DNA from: Spirogloea muscicola
Lineage: Eukaryota
Length of the DNA: 64,000 nt
NCBI GenBank assembly: GCA_009602725.1
Contig: WELB01000001.1
Span: 1,196,999-1,260,998, forward strand
Direction: 5' to 3'
Shown: positions 63,601 to 64,000 of the stretch, one piece after another
How positions within the stretch are numbered: the stretch's first letter is position 1
How the letters are laid out: every line of letters starts with the position of its first letter
Notes under the pieces: model-generated
Told to the model about the DNA's origin: nothing
The model's input: only the letters and a program-made list of their open reading frames with translations
Databases searched by the model: none
Program-made: the position numbers and the translations under genes

Positions 63601-64000
63601 TCTGCCATCAGCAGGCCAGCTAGGCCCAAGCTCACACCACCTCGAGGGCCAGGTGGTGGAGCTAAAGCCATGAACGGCTGGCAAGTGGAGATTGCAGTAG
63701 CTGGCGAGGAGAGATCCTTTGTCACTGTAGTAGGAGAGACTGACAATGTTGACCAGCCGCAGGAGCAGCAAGACATGCCCAGCCAGAGCTCTGGGGAGTG
63801 TACACCAGCACAAGGGGAGTCCCTGATGAGCCCCACCCGCCCTGTAGCAACTGGCAGCAGCTGGCATGAGACTGTGGGGGATGGTGCAGTTGCTGCAGTG
63901 CCAGATGGCGATGTCCGAGGCACCATGCAGCATAGCACCAGCAAGCTACCTCCCAATCAGCAGGTCACCTCACCTGCTGAGTCTGGACAAGCAGTTCGCA
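60691..64000 (+). CDS. TOR1: TORTIFOLIA1/SPIRAL2-like HEAT-repeat microtubule-associated protein, truncated by the window end. Exons 60691-60783, 61115-61304, 61586-61747, 62276-62508, 62714-62908, 63102-~63190, ~63400-end
   Basis: AFIELKQ/RIVWAISKLGDRDTQKVAVSELE, RKECVRL, RFRDADSSVRDTCAETLG, RPIFEAMSEQ, DWMTRRA and CRYDK/VKPVRDA. Confidence 0.88.

Overview
Eukaryotic, intron-rich genomic DNA from the green-plant lineage. The PIF, TORTIFOLIA1, DUF4079 and class VIII bHLH homologues, short introns and GC-rich first exons point to a streptophyte alga, possibly a zygnematophyte; this is inference and the species cannot be fixed from the sequence. Eleven spliced protein-coding genes can be built by hand: a PIF-like bHLH (+), a UBE2W/UBC16-type E2 (+), a NifS/selenocysteine-lyase-like enzyme (+), a P5A ATPase (-), a plastid DUF4079 protein (+), a tandem two-domain glutathionyl-hydroquinone reductase (+), a family I pyrophosphatase homologue that has lost most catalytic residues (+), an atypical HLH protein without a basic region (+), a class VIII-like bHLH with an LRSRGLCLV tail (-), pICln (-) and a TORTIFOLIA1/SPIRAL2-like gene (+, runs off the window). 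Intergenic DNA is filled with short 3' remnants of REL-endonuclease (CRE-like) non-LTR retrotransposons, a Harbinger-like MITE and an unclassified repeat of 90-190 bp. The strongest leads are the pseudo-pyrophosphatase, the CPWA+CPWC GHR fusion, the mosaic bHLH, a dense G-box/C-box island upstream of it, and a PIF with an intact APA motif but no canonical APB. N gaps hide several 5' ends. All homology calls come from motif recognition by eye, not from database searches.
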